A stretch of DNA of 64,000 nt from Antedon mediterranea (lineage: Eukaryota; Animalia; Echinodermata). Made by a program: the position numbers and the translations under genes. The stretch is taken from contig NC_092678.1 of the NCBI RefSeq assembly GCF_964355755.1, positions 13,824,352 through 13,888,351 on the forward strand. Direction: 5' to 3'. Position 1 is the stretch's first letter. Each line of letters begins with the position of its first letter. Under the pieces are notes generated by a model. It made no database searches. It worked only from the letters and a program-made list of their open reading frames with translations, and had not been told where the DNA came from. This document shows, piece by piece, positions 37,901-49,699 of this stretch.

Positions 37901-40900
37901 AAAATCAATATTTAATAATTATAAAATTTGATATTTTACATGCTGACCTTAAATAATGAAATGAAATTTCACATTAGGGCTTCAATAATTGTTATGTAAC
38001 ATTAACATACCTGAGTATATCATTGACTTTTGATTGGTTCAATTTTGGGGAGGGGAAAGTGGTGGGAGATAGGGAGTTGGAGGCGAGGGTCTTAAAAGTG
38101 GAAGTGATGGTTGGTGGGCATGTGGGATATGCTTAGGTTAGCAAATAGAAGAAGTAAAAAAATGAACGAGGAGCTTCAAAATAAGAGAGGAGTAATATGC
38201 AATGATTAAAATTCATAATGATCTGATAATTTATTCACATTTCCTATGATATAACCTATAAAATTACATTAAAACAGGGAATTACAGAATCTATAGTTAA
38301 AAATATTGTTTTTTTTCTCACAACACAACTAGAATTATATAAAACATTAAGAAATGTTCTGTCCAATGGGTTTAAAATCAGATAATCAAAGAAAATAAAA
38401 TGATTTTAGTAAGATACCATTTTTTTTATTTTTTAAAATAAAAATGCATATGTTTCTGGCAACACTGCTTGTAGATTTTAAAATTACCCAATATTTTATT
38501 TTATAAATCAGCTTAAAAAATACACATCTTTGTGCGTTATGGTGAAGTAAAGTTTAGTTGTTTTTAACAATTTAAAAATACTGAAAAAACACTCCTTTTT
38601 AAATAAATGGTATCTCCCAAAGTATGAAATAAAAAATATTTAAAAAAATATGAAACAGGTACACAATGCATTATTATTATGCATACACAAACTGTTTTTT
38701 ATAATTAAATGAACAAAACAAAAATATCGTTCATCAACGTACTACCAATATCCATTTTAAAAAAACCTTTGAAAGTGATAAATTGTGTCAAAAACACAAA
38801 TTTGCCCGTTGCCATGGAAATATATGTTTGAAATATAAAATACTTCATATTTGATTTCTCTCAACACATATATAACCATGTGCTAAATTTGAAAGAAATC
38901 CATTTTTTTATTCTTCCACTATTTTTGATGTTTCTTGATTCTTACAGACAATGGCTCTTGTATTTATATTTATTTTTGATTGATGTATTTTATCTTATGT
39001 TTATAATGAGATGCCAAATAAATGAAATAATATTATTATTAGTAAATGAAATGAACAAGTCTGAGTGTGCTGTTTACTTGTATTTAATATTTAAATTATT
39101 CAATAAGAATTTCATTAATTAATTAGTAACGTGCTTTCGTTTACAGTTCGGCTCACAGTCTCAGTTCTTGGTCCAAACTTGTTTGTCATCAAGGGTCTTG
39201 GTACAAATCTTCACTTATCGATGAACATAAATGGAAGGATTTCTGCACGATACGTACGTATTATTTTGAATTGATAATTAACAAACACTGGTAAAAAAAA
39301 TTGTGAAGATTGTTTAAAATTGTCATTTCCGTAAAAACAAAACAAAATAATGATTTCACTTATTAGAACGGTTAAATATAACGAACAACATTGATTTGAC
39401 AACTAGTTTTGTTTTAAATTACCGTTTTGTCAGATAAATAATAATTTGTAGCGTATTTTCTTAAATATTTTATTTTACTTTTACTATAGCTTATATGCTA
39501 TGCTATGTTGAAATGCAACTACCTGTAGTTTAAAACTTGCGTAATTCCAAAAGGGTGTCTAGAAAACTCAGATCTAGAAAACTCAGATCTCAGATATATC
39601 GGAGTTTTCTAGATCTAGAAAACACATATATCTGACTTTTCTTGATCTAGGAAACTCTGATATCAAGATCTGGGTTTTCTAGTTCCAGAATGGAACTAGA
39701 AAACTCAGATCAGCATGTGATTGGTTGGCAGGTCATTTGGATCATTTCATTATTAATCAGAAGGTAGGTCATTTGAAATACTAGAGTATTATTAAAACTG
39801 ATTACTGTGTACGTTTTCTTACTAATAATGTAACATGTAGAAGCGGCCTACGGCTTAAATCATAAATGAAATACAGTGCATGTTACCGTTAAAATGTAGG
39901 TTTAAAAATTAGGTATGTACGAGTTGATGTGGGTACGAGTTGGTTGAGGTACGAGTTAGCCAAGTTGGGAATAGGTACGAGTTATTGTGGGTACGAGTTG
40001 ACCACTTCTAGCCTAGTAGTAGGGCCAGGCCTACTCTTCGCGATGCATCGTGATAACGCCCACACGTTGAGCTTTGAATTGAGTTTGCTAGGCCTAAATG
40101 CTAAGCCTACATTTTAAATTATTATTATTTGTAGGAAAACGTATAATACTGTAGTATTTTAACCAAGCTACCCTCTATTAATAATGGAACGATCCATTTT
40201 ATGATCTGGGTTTTCTAGTTCCATTTTCGAACTAGAACACTCAGATATTGATATCTGAGTTTTCTAGATCTAGAAAAGTCAGATATCTGAGTTTTCTAGA
40301 GCTAGAAAAGTCAGATATCTAAGTTTTATAGATCTAGAAAACTCAGATGAGATCTGAGTTTTCTAGATCTGAGTTTTCTAGACACTCATTCCAAAATGGC
40401 AGACGTGGGTTGTCATTTCAGTTTCCGGTCTAAAATTAATGTGCCCTATTTTCGCCATAATTTACTCACCATCGTATATATAGAGTAGTTACTCATCGTC
40501 TTTAATCACCATAATTTCTTTGGGCAAAGTTAATATAGTATACATTAAAAATAGCGGCAGATTTCCTAAATATAACTAAACCTAACCATAAAATATCTCC
40601 TAACTATTGAAATCAGGTCATATGTTATTGAGATTGGAATCCAAGGCTTTAGGTCCACATTCTAAAAAATTGCTGCTCCACACAAGTTAGCTTGTCGAAA
40701 ACTATTAATACAGGCTGGTCCGTATAACAATCTTCATGCTTATTATAGCCTATACTCACTACTGTCCCTTTTGATCTGTGTGATATTTAAAAAAAAATAT
40801 CAATTATTATTTTTTCTTACAGAATACGCCACATGTAACACTTAACCAAAACAATTTTGATATTTTATGGCGGGAATACCACATTGAACAGTCGTGTTTC

Positions 40901-41089
40901 AGGCTATATCAATCTTATGAACAGTTTAGAGTTGGTATAGCATATAGTAATATGCGTAAAGCAAACATCAGCAACAGTACCAGTAGTTTGAAGCCTGCTC
41001 GTTTTCTTGCAATAAAAAGAAATGGTCGAGTCATGTCATCAAGCAAGAAAGGCTTATACAATGGCATTTATAGGTTTCCATGTTGCTAA
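34994..41089 (+). CDS. FGF: Fibroblast growth factor family gene; exons 34994-35303, 39147-39253, 40823-41089; ~227 aa, secreted
   Basis: Signal peptide MLSVTKMYLQWACIIFCLVLQEHTVNC; core IKLFSSTGYFLRIGPERHVTGT..NY|VRLTVSVLGPNLFVIKGLGTNLHLSMNINGRISARY|..ILWREY..FRLYQS..RFLAIKRNGRV. Canonical GT-AG introns in phases 1 and 0 with a 107-nt middle exon, close to the conserved ~104-nt FGF middle exon; frame open to TAA at 41087-41089. Confidence 0.88.
35662..38957. mobile_element. Non-autonomous DNA transposon with long imperfect TIRs (Sola3-like) in FGF intron 1
   Basis: GAGCCATTGTCTGTAA ... TTACAGACAATGGCTC; inverted homology continues inward (AAAAAATGGATTTCT, GTTGCCATG, GTGTTGCCA). GAG..CTC ends; flanks only partly match TTAA. 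Confidence 0.65.
36969..37606. mobile_element. Tc1/mariner-pogo-like MITE nested in the previous element
   Basis: TA|CAGTTGAACCTCCC ... CTG|TA with subterminal GGCCGCTTACGGGAGGT repeats. Confidence 0.7.
39553..40387. mobile_element. Fold-back MITE (Mutator-like) in FGF intron 2
   Basis: GGGTGTCTAGAAAACTCAGATCT ... AGATCTGAGTTTTCTAGACACTC; 9-bp TSD ATTCCAAAA; subterminal CTAGAAAACTCAGAT repeats; internal GGTACGAGTT repeats at 39915-40003. Confidence 0.88.
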
Positions 41090-41999
41090 GTTCCGTGCCA
41101 AAATTTGAATTAATAATGTGTATGGTTAAATAGAACATCAGTCTATGTCAGTAATTAGACTTTGTCAATATATTCTGTTTATGGAAAGTTTTCAATAACG
41201 AAATAATATAATGTGAATTTTAGGAAATCATTGATTATTAACGTAACGGATTAAACTGTTTGTAATCAAATTCTTTTATCTTGACAGATTATGTGACTGA
41301 TTAGGAAATGTATTTTGAATCTAGATTGATATGCTATGATAACGATAATTGTAATATTGCTAATATTATGTAATAATTTCTGATAATTAGGCTACACTAT
41401 TTCTTTTTCACATAAGAACGTATTGATACATCGTAGTTGTGTACATTTATATGGCGAACAAACGTGCAAACTAACTCATAGTATTATATTATAATGTAAT
41501 ACCTGTATTTAGATTATTTATTCACTCACTCATTAGGAGACTATAATGAGAACAATCAATTACAACGTTGCTTATAAGCACATTTCCTTTTATAATTAAC
41601 ATTACCAGGTGAATATTTTGGAATGTTAGCTTTTATGTAACAATGCTTTCTTTTTTTGCCGGTGTGCTATATATATTTATATTATAAGTGAGAGAGTTTG
41701 TCTGTCTGTTTGTTAGTCATACAAATTGTTGTTCTGCACGTAACCTTACATATGGGCATGGATTATATTCTTTAATCCATGATATGGGGTATCAAAATGA
41801 CCGCAATTGTACCGGGAAGGTTCTAAACTACATTTCAACATCATCCGCCATCTATGATCCAAGTTAGGGACCTTTAACCATATCCAGCTATGTATCGGTC
41901 TCTTGGATTGTCTCATTACAGACATCCATTCCTGTGTGAACATATACACGTTCTTTACTGTTGTTGTGTTCTACTACTTGAACATCATCGGCCATCCGG

Positions 42000-42320
42000 G
42001 GTATTATTTAAAAAACCGTTGCGAATTAAAGTTGGAATTTATTCTGACTTGTTAAAGCCTCCACTGATTGTGAGGTCGTTTGTTGTATGAGAGAATGTAT
42101 CTGGTGGGTGAAAATCTGTGATAATACCATACATGGCTCTGTGGTCTAGTGGTATGATACTCGCCCTGTAAGCGAGAGGTTGCAGGTTCGAATCCCGCCA
42201 GAGACATTTCTTCATACAACTAAAAAATACGAAACTTTTGCCAATGAGCTATGCTCGACGCGATTATGAGATCATGTTCCGAATTTGAGCACTGTTTCTA
42301 TAATTTACAGTATAATTTTT
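42000..42320 (+). mobile_element. Family B (TA)n-associated element with an internal tRNA-like gene
   Basis: Reverse complement of 21355-21730; ends in (TA)n. Confidence 0.75.
42135..42206 (+). tRNA. tRNA-like cloverleaf (Pro-like body, TGT anticodon position, C33; probably pseudo)
   Basis: GGCTCTG/CAGAGAC acceptor stem (one mismatch), CTCGC-CCTGTAA-GCGAG anticodon arm, GCAGG-TTCGAAT-CCCGC T arm. Confidence 0.55.
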
Positions 42321-42468
42321 ATATATATATATAAATATAAAAGATGAGGGCGTATCAATTTGATCTCTGGTGCGCGTGTGTACAACTGAGGACTAGTGCT
42401 GTTCCGCCATACCACGCCGAGAATGTTAAAGAGTCGCTATCCAATCGAGTTCGAACAATACCGTGAAA

Positions 42469-42540
42469 GCCCCAGTGGTCTAACGGTTAGGACATCTGCA
42501 TATCAAGCAGGCGGTCCGAGTTCGAGTCTCGGTTGGGGCG
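42469..42540 (+). tRNA. tRNA-like cloverleaf, ATC in the anticodon position (Asp-like, probably non-translational)
   Basis: GCCCCAG/TTGGGGC acceptor stem, TCTGC-ATATCAA-GCAGG anticodon arm, CCGAG-TTCGAGT-CTCGG T arm, followed by TTTTT. Confidence 0.6.
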
Positions 42541-42836
42541 ACTTTTTCTCATTCTCACAGATTTCCTCATCTTTATCGTTTCAAATTAATTAATTAAATT
42601 TCAGTATATTACCGGGCGGTTTAGAATTAATGTTCTATGCCTGATTTGTTTATATATATATATAAGTATCTCTCTTCGGAGATCCCGCCTCGTGAATAAA
42701 AATACTGTAAGATGAGGGCGTATCAATTTGATCTCTGGTGCGCGTGTGTACAACTGAGGACTAGTGCTGTTCCGCCGTACCACGCCGAGAATGTTAAAGA
42801 GTCGCTATCCAATCGAGTTCGAACAATACCGTGAAA

Positions 42837-42908
42837 GCCCCAGTGGTCTAACGGTTAGGACATCTGCATATCAAGCAGGCGGTCCGAGTTCGAGTCTCGG
42901 TTGGGGCG
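42837..42908 (+). tRNA. Second copy of the family A tRNA-like cloverleaf
   Basis: Same sequence as 42469-42540. Confidence 0.6.
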
Positions 42909-43015
42909 ACTTTTTCTCATTCTCACAGATTTCCTCATCTTTATCGTTTCAAATTAATTAATTAAATTTCAGTATATTACCGGGTGGTTTAGAATTAATG
43001 TTCTATGCCTGATTT

Positions 43016-43017
<2 letters not shown>

Positions 43018-43097
<80 letters not shown>
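43018..43097. repeat. (TA)n microsatellite
   Basis: About 40 TA units. Confidence 0.95.
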
Positions 43098-43103
<6 letters not shown>

Positions 43104-43524
43104 ATTAATTATACACTTGGGAGACATTTTGATGTCTCCCTAATGTTAACATACCGTAAAAAAACACCGTCTGCAGTTGTAACTTAAGATTTGAAGCAGT
43201 CTTTCTATTCAAGTACATGTCTAAACACTTAGAATAGTTGATTTTAGTCGTAGGGGTGTTTATTAATAAAATTAAACCCTATAAGAATAAAGGGGGTTAT
43301 ATGTCGTGTTGTATGTATATGACATTTGGTAGACATTCAGTATTTCTTGAATTTTCAACAAAAAACGGATTATATGTTTAGCAAATTAGTTTAGTAATGT
43401 TTCCTTAATGATTCTAAATCTGGAAAATTTGCTATACCTGAAATTTAAAATAAACATTGTATTTATTGAAGTTTAATTAAAACAACACCATCATCAGGCG
43501 AATTAAAACTTTGAATTCAAAGAT

Positions 43525-43640
43525 CCCACTCCTCCACGCATGCGCAGTGTGCATGCATCGGGCGGCGCGCGAAGCGAGAAGAGGATCGGCGGGAAGCGAG
43601 CCGTGGGGTGGTAGTGAAAAACTTTTTTGATGCTTGGTAT
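43525..43640 (+). promoter_or_regulatory. CpG-rich promoter and probable non-coding first exon
   Basis: CGCATGCGCA (NRF1-like) at ~43537, GC-rich patch in AT-rich DNA, donor TG|GTATGC at ~43637. Confidence 0.45.
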
Positions 43641-44885
43641 GCATAAATTAACTACTAATATTTACTAGGCTAGTTTGAATAAAATAAAACAACTAACAAC
43701 CAATAATATACAGGTCTATTAAGGCTAGTGAGGCTAGGCCCGGGCCAGCGAGAGGGTCTACAAACAAGTACCCTTATTCTATACGATACGTCGTCTAGGC
43801 CTAGGCTAGGCCTAGCCTAGCTATAGGTAGGCTAGTAGGCCTAGGCCTAGCCTATTATGCTAAGTAGGCCTAGGTAGGTAGGGTAAGCATAGGCAGCTAC
43901 TAGATAGGTAGGCCTATAGGGCTACTACTAGCTAGCGGGAGGGGCCTTATTAGTTAGGCCTTGCCCTGGCCTAGGCTAGTCTAGCCTAAAAAGAGAGTAG
44001 CCTAGCCTAAACTAAGGCCTAGGCCTAGCCCTACTACTACGTACTAGTCTAGGCCTATATAATAATAAGCTTAGAAGGTTAGTTAAGGCCTCCTATGCCT
44101 ACTAAAGGTTATAATATTATAGGCCCTCTAGGCCTAAACCTACAAAAATGTTGACATTTACAATGTCAAATTCAAAAGGATGCCTAGCTCTAGGCCTAGG
44201 CTAGGCCTAGAGTTATAAAATACAACTCACTCTACTAAGAGCTAGGCCTAGGTAGACCCCTACTATTAAGCCTAGAGTAGGCCTACCCTATGCCTAGGCT
44301 ACTTTCTACTTCTACAGGCCTAAAGTAGCCTAGTAGTAGGCACTAGTCTAGGTTAACTTTTAGAGGGTTAGCCTATTTTTTAGGTAGCTATGCTTAGTAC
44401 TCTAGTAGAAGTGGTAGGATGAGCCAGGTTTTTCTGTGACTTTTTTTTATGATTCTCATTCTTATGGGGGCTATGAAGGCAGTACATAGGCAAGTACAGC
44501 ACTTTGAAGTGCTGTAGGTCTTGTTTGTCTGTTAAAGATAGTCTTTAGGTTTACCATCTCATAAGTCATACCCTCTAAAAACTGATGTGCTTAGTAACCT
44601 ATACTAGTACTACACAGACAAGCATATTATAAACTGTATAAACTAAGTAAGCCTAAATCTACTTTAACCTTACGTTAAAATGACAGTCAATTCTCAGCTG
44701 TATCACAAATTTTATTTTCAATTTCAAATAATTTTCCCTCAAAACAGAAGTAATGTTATTAGCAAGTGTACTCACTCAATGCTTGTGGTATACACTGTGT
44801 ACAGTAAATAAGTGCATTTTGATTTTATAGCTATTCAAATTCTAGTTTTTTTTAAACTCTAGGAAGGTAATCAATCCTGAAACCG

Positions 44886-47800
44886 ATGGCACTCTCTTTT
44901 GAAGATGTGTTTAGAGATTTAAAGAAATCGTAAGTACACATAATATGAATTATATACACATAGGGTTGATACGAGGCCTAATTCAATTATTTCCATTAAG
45001 CTTATTGATTACGTTTGACTATCATCAAATCGTTGACTTTAATTGAACTTGACTCAAATTAATAAAACCCATGTCTGTCTGTCTGTCCGGGTTTATTGAA
45101 AGACTAGGGGTTGCACGATCTTCAAACTAATAAGTAACCCTGAGGATATAGGTGAGTATGAATCTGATAAATGATGTTTTAAATTACATTTGAAACTTGC
45201 TCTGGGGTAGGTATACTTACTGGTAGATAAAAAACATTATTACTGTATTATTATACATTCCAGAGTTAGTTAATGTTTAAAAGTGACATTCAAAATGGTA
45301 AGGTTGCAAATCTACAAATGCAAATATTTTCTGTACAATTAAATTCGGCTGACCTATGAATATATTAATCTAGTAATTTAGTTGAATGAGAATTTTACAA
45401 CCATTTTCTGACTTGTATATTCTTTTTATTTCAGAGGTAGAATAAGGGATGACGACTCATCAAGTGATGAAGAAACGGCTACTATCTTGACTACCACGGA
45501 AATGTAAATATTTACCAAATTGAATTGCTCAGTTTGTAATTTTTAATTTGAATTTCATTGTATAGCCCATTTTTCTAAAAAGTTAAGCTCTTTTTCAATG
45601 TTGAATTATAAGAATTTTCTGTATTTTTGATTGTAAACACTAGGAAGACATGATGATCGTTGTTCTTCCAACCCGCTTTCAGAAAATGATTATCAAAGTT
45701 ATTAGAAATATTTATATTTTTAAATAAGCAATAGAACGAAAAGTTATTGTAGTAGACTAAACACCTTTGTAAGCAATGTTGAGTACAAAATTGTGAAGTA
45801 TTTTCTGTTAATTTCAGTGGTACAATAAGGAGTGGCAACTCATACAGTGAAGATAATTCAAACAAAACTACTTTCTTACCAACAAAAAAAATGTAAATAT
45901 TTGCCAAATTAAATTGCTATTAACACGATGCACTTGTAATTTTTAATCATGTATCTTGGAATAGTCTATTTTTCAAAAGGGACTAGGAATATTTATATTT
46001 TTTAATAAGCAATAGAACGAAGAGTTATTGTAGTAGACTAAACACTTTTGTCAGCAATTGAAAATTGTCTAGTATTAATTATAAATTTTTTTGTTTCAGT
46101 GCTACTGACTGTAACAAAACGTTGTTCACCAAAAAAACGTAAATATTTATTTAATTGAATGTCCATAATAAAACTGCTGATACTTTTGTAAATTGTAAAC
46201 TCAGATTGGTGGTACATAATGTTGGATGTCACTATCTCTAATAGTTTATGAGTATATTTCACTATATGTTATTTGTAAATGTTGCTACCATCCTACTGTA
46301 TACTGTCATTGGGTTTAAAAATGTATACTTTTATATTATAAATTGCTAATTTTTTATTTAGATTGCGACCAGTAAAGACAGCATATGACATATTAGATGG
46401 TCTTACATTCTGTGGTCTAAGAATTGTACGTATTTATTAACTCTTATCAAAATTAAATTATTACAGAAAACTATTGTATTTATATATATGCATAAGCAGA
46501 AATTCATAAACGATGCCATTGTCATAAATGTCCTGATTTATTCATTTTTTTAGCCAAGATCAGATACTAAGAATAATGGTATGCAATCTGAAATTTGTAT
46601 TTCATTTTTCAATTTAGGTTCAGTTTTGTTTTCATGTCCAAAATGTTTTAAATGTTTTTTTTTTGTGTTGATATGTTGATATTTAATAGTAACTTGAATA
46701 GTGTATTTTTTCTTTATGATGTTAATTAAAAATAAGTATTGTTTGACTATTTTGACATCATTGGGAAATAAGATATAATTTTAAATATTGAATTTTGGTG
46801 TTTTCTTAGACATTGGTACAAACTATGGGGAAGAAGAAGAAGAAGGAACTGTAAGTATTATACCAGCATAGACTAAAATGCTTTAAAAGCTACCCTCGCC
46901 CAAATTTTTATATGAAAAGTGTGTATCATTGTAACTGTATGAAACATCCCTCGACGTCTTTTCTAATTAGTATAAAAATAGTATTTTTATGTCTTTTTTT
47001 TTTAATAGGTATGTGGACACTTCCTATAGGCCAGATGATTCAATATCTGAAACTAGTGATGAAGTAGGTGTTATACTTTTAATGTTAATTTTGAAATCGT
47101 ATTTTGAAACTTTTAATGTTATAAAACAAATATTTACTGGGCTTTCATCGGGTAACGGTTACAAATATAGCCCTCGACTTCGTCTCAGGATATAGCATAT
47201 AGTCTCCAGATCACCTTGGTCTATATTTTTAACCATGCCCCTCAGTCCAGTAAATATTTGTATAACATACAACGTAATGTATTGCCAGGCCTAAACTACT
47301 ACTTCTCTATCTAGCGAACCATTTGTAAGAAATGAAATACCCCCTATCCCTATCCGCTTACATTATAACACCTTATAAAATACTGTATTGTTATGAATAT
47401 TATACCAGCATAGACCTAGTGGGTTTAAAATGTTTCTAAAATGCTTTGAAAACTAGGCATGCTATGGCTGCTAAGCTAGTCCCTGCCTAAAAGAATAGTA
47501 ACTGACGGCAGTGCCAAATAATAATTTTAATACTAAGTATGTTGGTTAGAACTTAGTATTATGGTTTTGCTACAATTATTTGAGTGTATGTTAAAAAAAC
47601 TTATGGACGAAAAACGCTCCATTACAAAAATAAAAAGGCAAAATGTTGAAAATAAAATATTTTACAGTATATCATTGTAACTGTATGGAACATCCCTCAA
47701 TGTATTTTCCAATTAGTATACAAATAGTATTTTTATATTTTTCCTTTTGAATAGGCATCTGATGTGGACACTTCCTATAGGCCAGACGATTCAATATCTG

Positions 47801-49588
47801 AAACTAGTGATGAAGTAAGTGTTTTACATTTTATGTTTCTTTTGAAATTGTATTTTGAAACTTTTAATTTTATAAAACAAATATTTACTGGGCTTTCATC
47901 GGGTAACGGTTACAATTATACCGTATGTGTTAAACCAAGGGCTCATAAATTTACCTACTTGTGTTAAACCAACTCTGGCAGACTGAGAGATTGGGATGTT
48001 CCATTCATCGCAAATCAATACATTTGTATAATCGTATATTAAATCTATCAAAATAGTATTTTTTAAAGAAAATCGGCCTGTCTTCAACATTATGATGCTG
48101 TACTCTAGCTGTTCAACCGGTTTTCAGCTATTAAAAACAATTATCGTAGGAGGATAGGAGAATGTATAAACAAATCACTACATACATAGAAGTCTTGGTC
48201 CACGAATATATGAATAACAATTCTCTATGACTTCTTTGATATTTTACAGATGACAGGTTGATGGATTTGGAGGAGGAAGAGGAGATAATTGAGAAAAGTA
48301 AAAGAGGAAAAAGAAGGAAAGGTATGAAGAAATATGTGCTGTTTGTGTTTTAAATGTGGCTAAATATTTTTTAATTTGGCAAAAAAAACCAAACCTTTAG
48401 GTAAATCTTTGTCTAGAGTATGAGCGACTCCACTACTACAATAGAGTACATAGAAACGTTGCACTCCCTCCTCCCCCATAAAGGGTCTGGTTCAAAAGTT
48501 TTATTACCAACCCAGATCTTTGCTCTTGGTACCCCAGAATCAATTTTTTGAAGGCAATTCAGATATTACCAAACAGTTTTGCTCACTAATCTAATATGAC
48601 TTAGGAATATATGAATAAATAAAAAACAATTCTCTATGACTTCTTTGATATTTCACAGATGACAGGTTGATGGATTCGGAAGAGGAAGAGGAGATAATTG
48701 AGAAAAGAAGAAAAAGAAAGAAAGGTATGCAGAAATATGTGCTGTTTGTGTTTTAAATGTGGCTAAATATTTTTCAATTTGGCAAAAAGAAACCAAACCT
48801 TTAGTTAAATCTTTGCCTAGAGTATGAGCGACTCCACTACTACAATAGAGTACATAGAAACGTTGCACTCCCTCCTCCCCCATAAAGGGTCTGGTTCAAA
48901 AGTTTTATTACCAACCCAGATCTTTGCTCTTGGTACCCCAGAATCAATTTTTTGAAGGCAATTCAGATATTACCAAACAGTTTTGTTCACCATCTAATAT
49001 GACTTAGGAATATATGAATAAATATAAAACAATTCTCTATGACTTCTTTGATATTTCACAGATGACAGGTTGATGGATTCGGAAGAGGAAGAGGAGATAA
49101 TTGAGAAAAGAAGAAAAAGAAAGAAAGGTACATGTAGCATCATGTCTATGCTGCCAATCAGCTTGATCGGCGCTTTCTCGTCTGTCCACGACAGTGGCTG
49201 TATGAACTGGTACACCAGATGTAACTCCCCTACTTGTCTTTGAAATATGTACTAGGTTCAGCAGTGTGTGTACACTGGACCTACGCTTTATAATCCTTAT
49301 GCGAGAAGAAAAAAAAATGCAAGAAAAAAAAAACAGGGCATACTCTTTTCAAAAAGTTTGGATGTTTTTTTTCATGTAATAACACATAATAAACCATCAA
49401 TTAATAATTAGAGATATTATTATTGTTTTTTTGTTTGTATTGTAGCTAAGAATGAAGCTTTGACATTTTTAAACAAATATATGCTGCATGAGAGCTATCC
49501 ATGGAAGACCGTAAGATCAAAAGTTATGAATGAACAAGTAAAGAGGCAAAGACAAATTAAAGAAAGGATGGAGAAAATGGAGATGTGA
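44886..49588 (+). CDS. Micro-exon gene encoding an acidic/basic low-complexity protein with a C-terminal Myb/SANT-like helix (possibly a degenerate TE gene). Exons: 44886-44929, 45435-45503, 45818-45892, 46100-46138, 46362-46425, 46554-46578, 46810-46850, 47755-47814, 48250-48321, 48659-48724, 49062-49127, 49446-49588
   Basis: Strong AG/GT sites; phases match from MALSFEDVFRDLKKS through ..SETSDE and again from DRLMD.EEEEEIIEK.. to AKNEALTFLNKYMLHESYPWKTVRSKVMNEQVKRQRQIKERMEKMEM*. One phase mismatch (47814 to 48250) is unresolved. Confidence 0.65.
47009..47063 (+). pseudogene. Defective duplicate of exon 47755-47814
   Basis: Same VDTSYRPDDSISETSDE sequence and flanking intron, but 5 nt shorter; inclusion gives an in-frame TAG. 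Confidence 0.6.
48205..49130 (+). repeat. ~405-bp tandem triplication of an exon-intron unit
   Basis: Exon starts at 48250, 48659 and 49062 with near-identical introns. Confidence 0.9.
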
Positions 49589-49699
49589 GATGTCATAAAA
49601 ATCAATGTATTAACAATTTGCAAATTGTTAATATATTGATGTAGCAGTCTAAATACATTGCATGCTAATATCAGCTCTATTAACAATTTTCTTAAAGAT

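Larger units (their letters stand above)
42340..43020 (+). mobile_element. Two tandem 368-bp family A elements separated and flanked by (TA)n
   Basis: Near-identical units offset by 368 bp (track ORFs at 42396 and 42764). Confidence 0.85.

Noticed and set aside
42750-42785. CTGAGGA in family A as a hammerhead core
   Set aside because: No stem II plus GAAA follows.
42135-42908. Functional tRNA gene cluster
   Set aside because: Non-canonical anticodon loops (C33, A32, ATC), an acceptor-stem mismatch, and location inside dispersed repeats.
42396-42961. Repeated 65-aa ORF MLFR.TTPRMLKSRYP
   Set aside because: Overlaps the tRNA-like fold, starts at a non-ATG codon, and other copies are broken.
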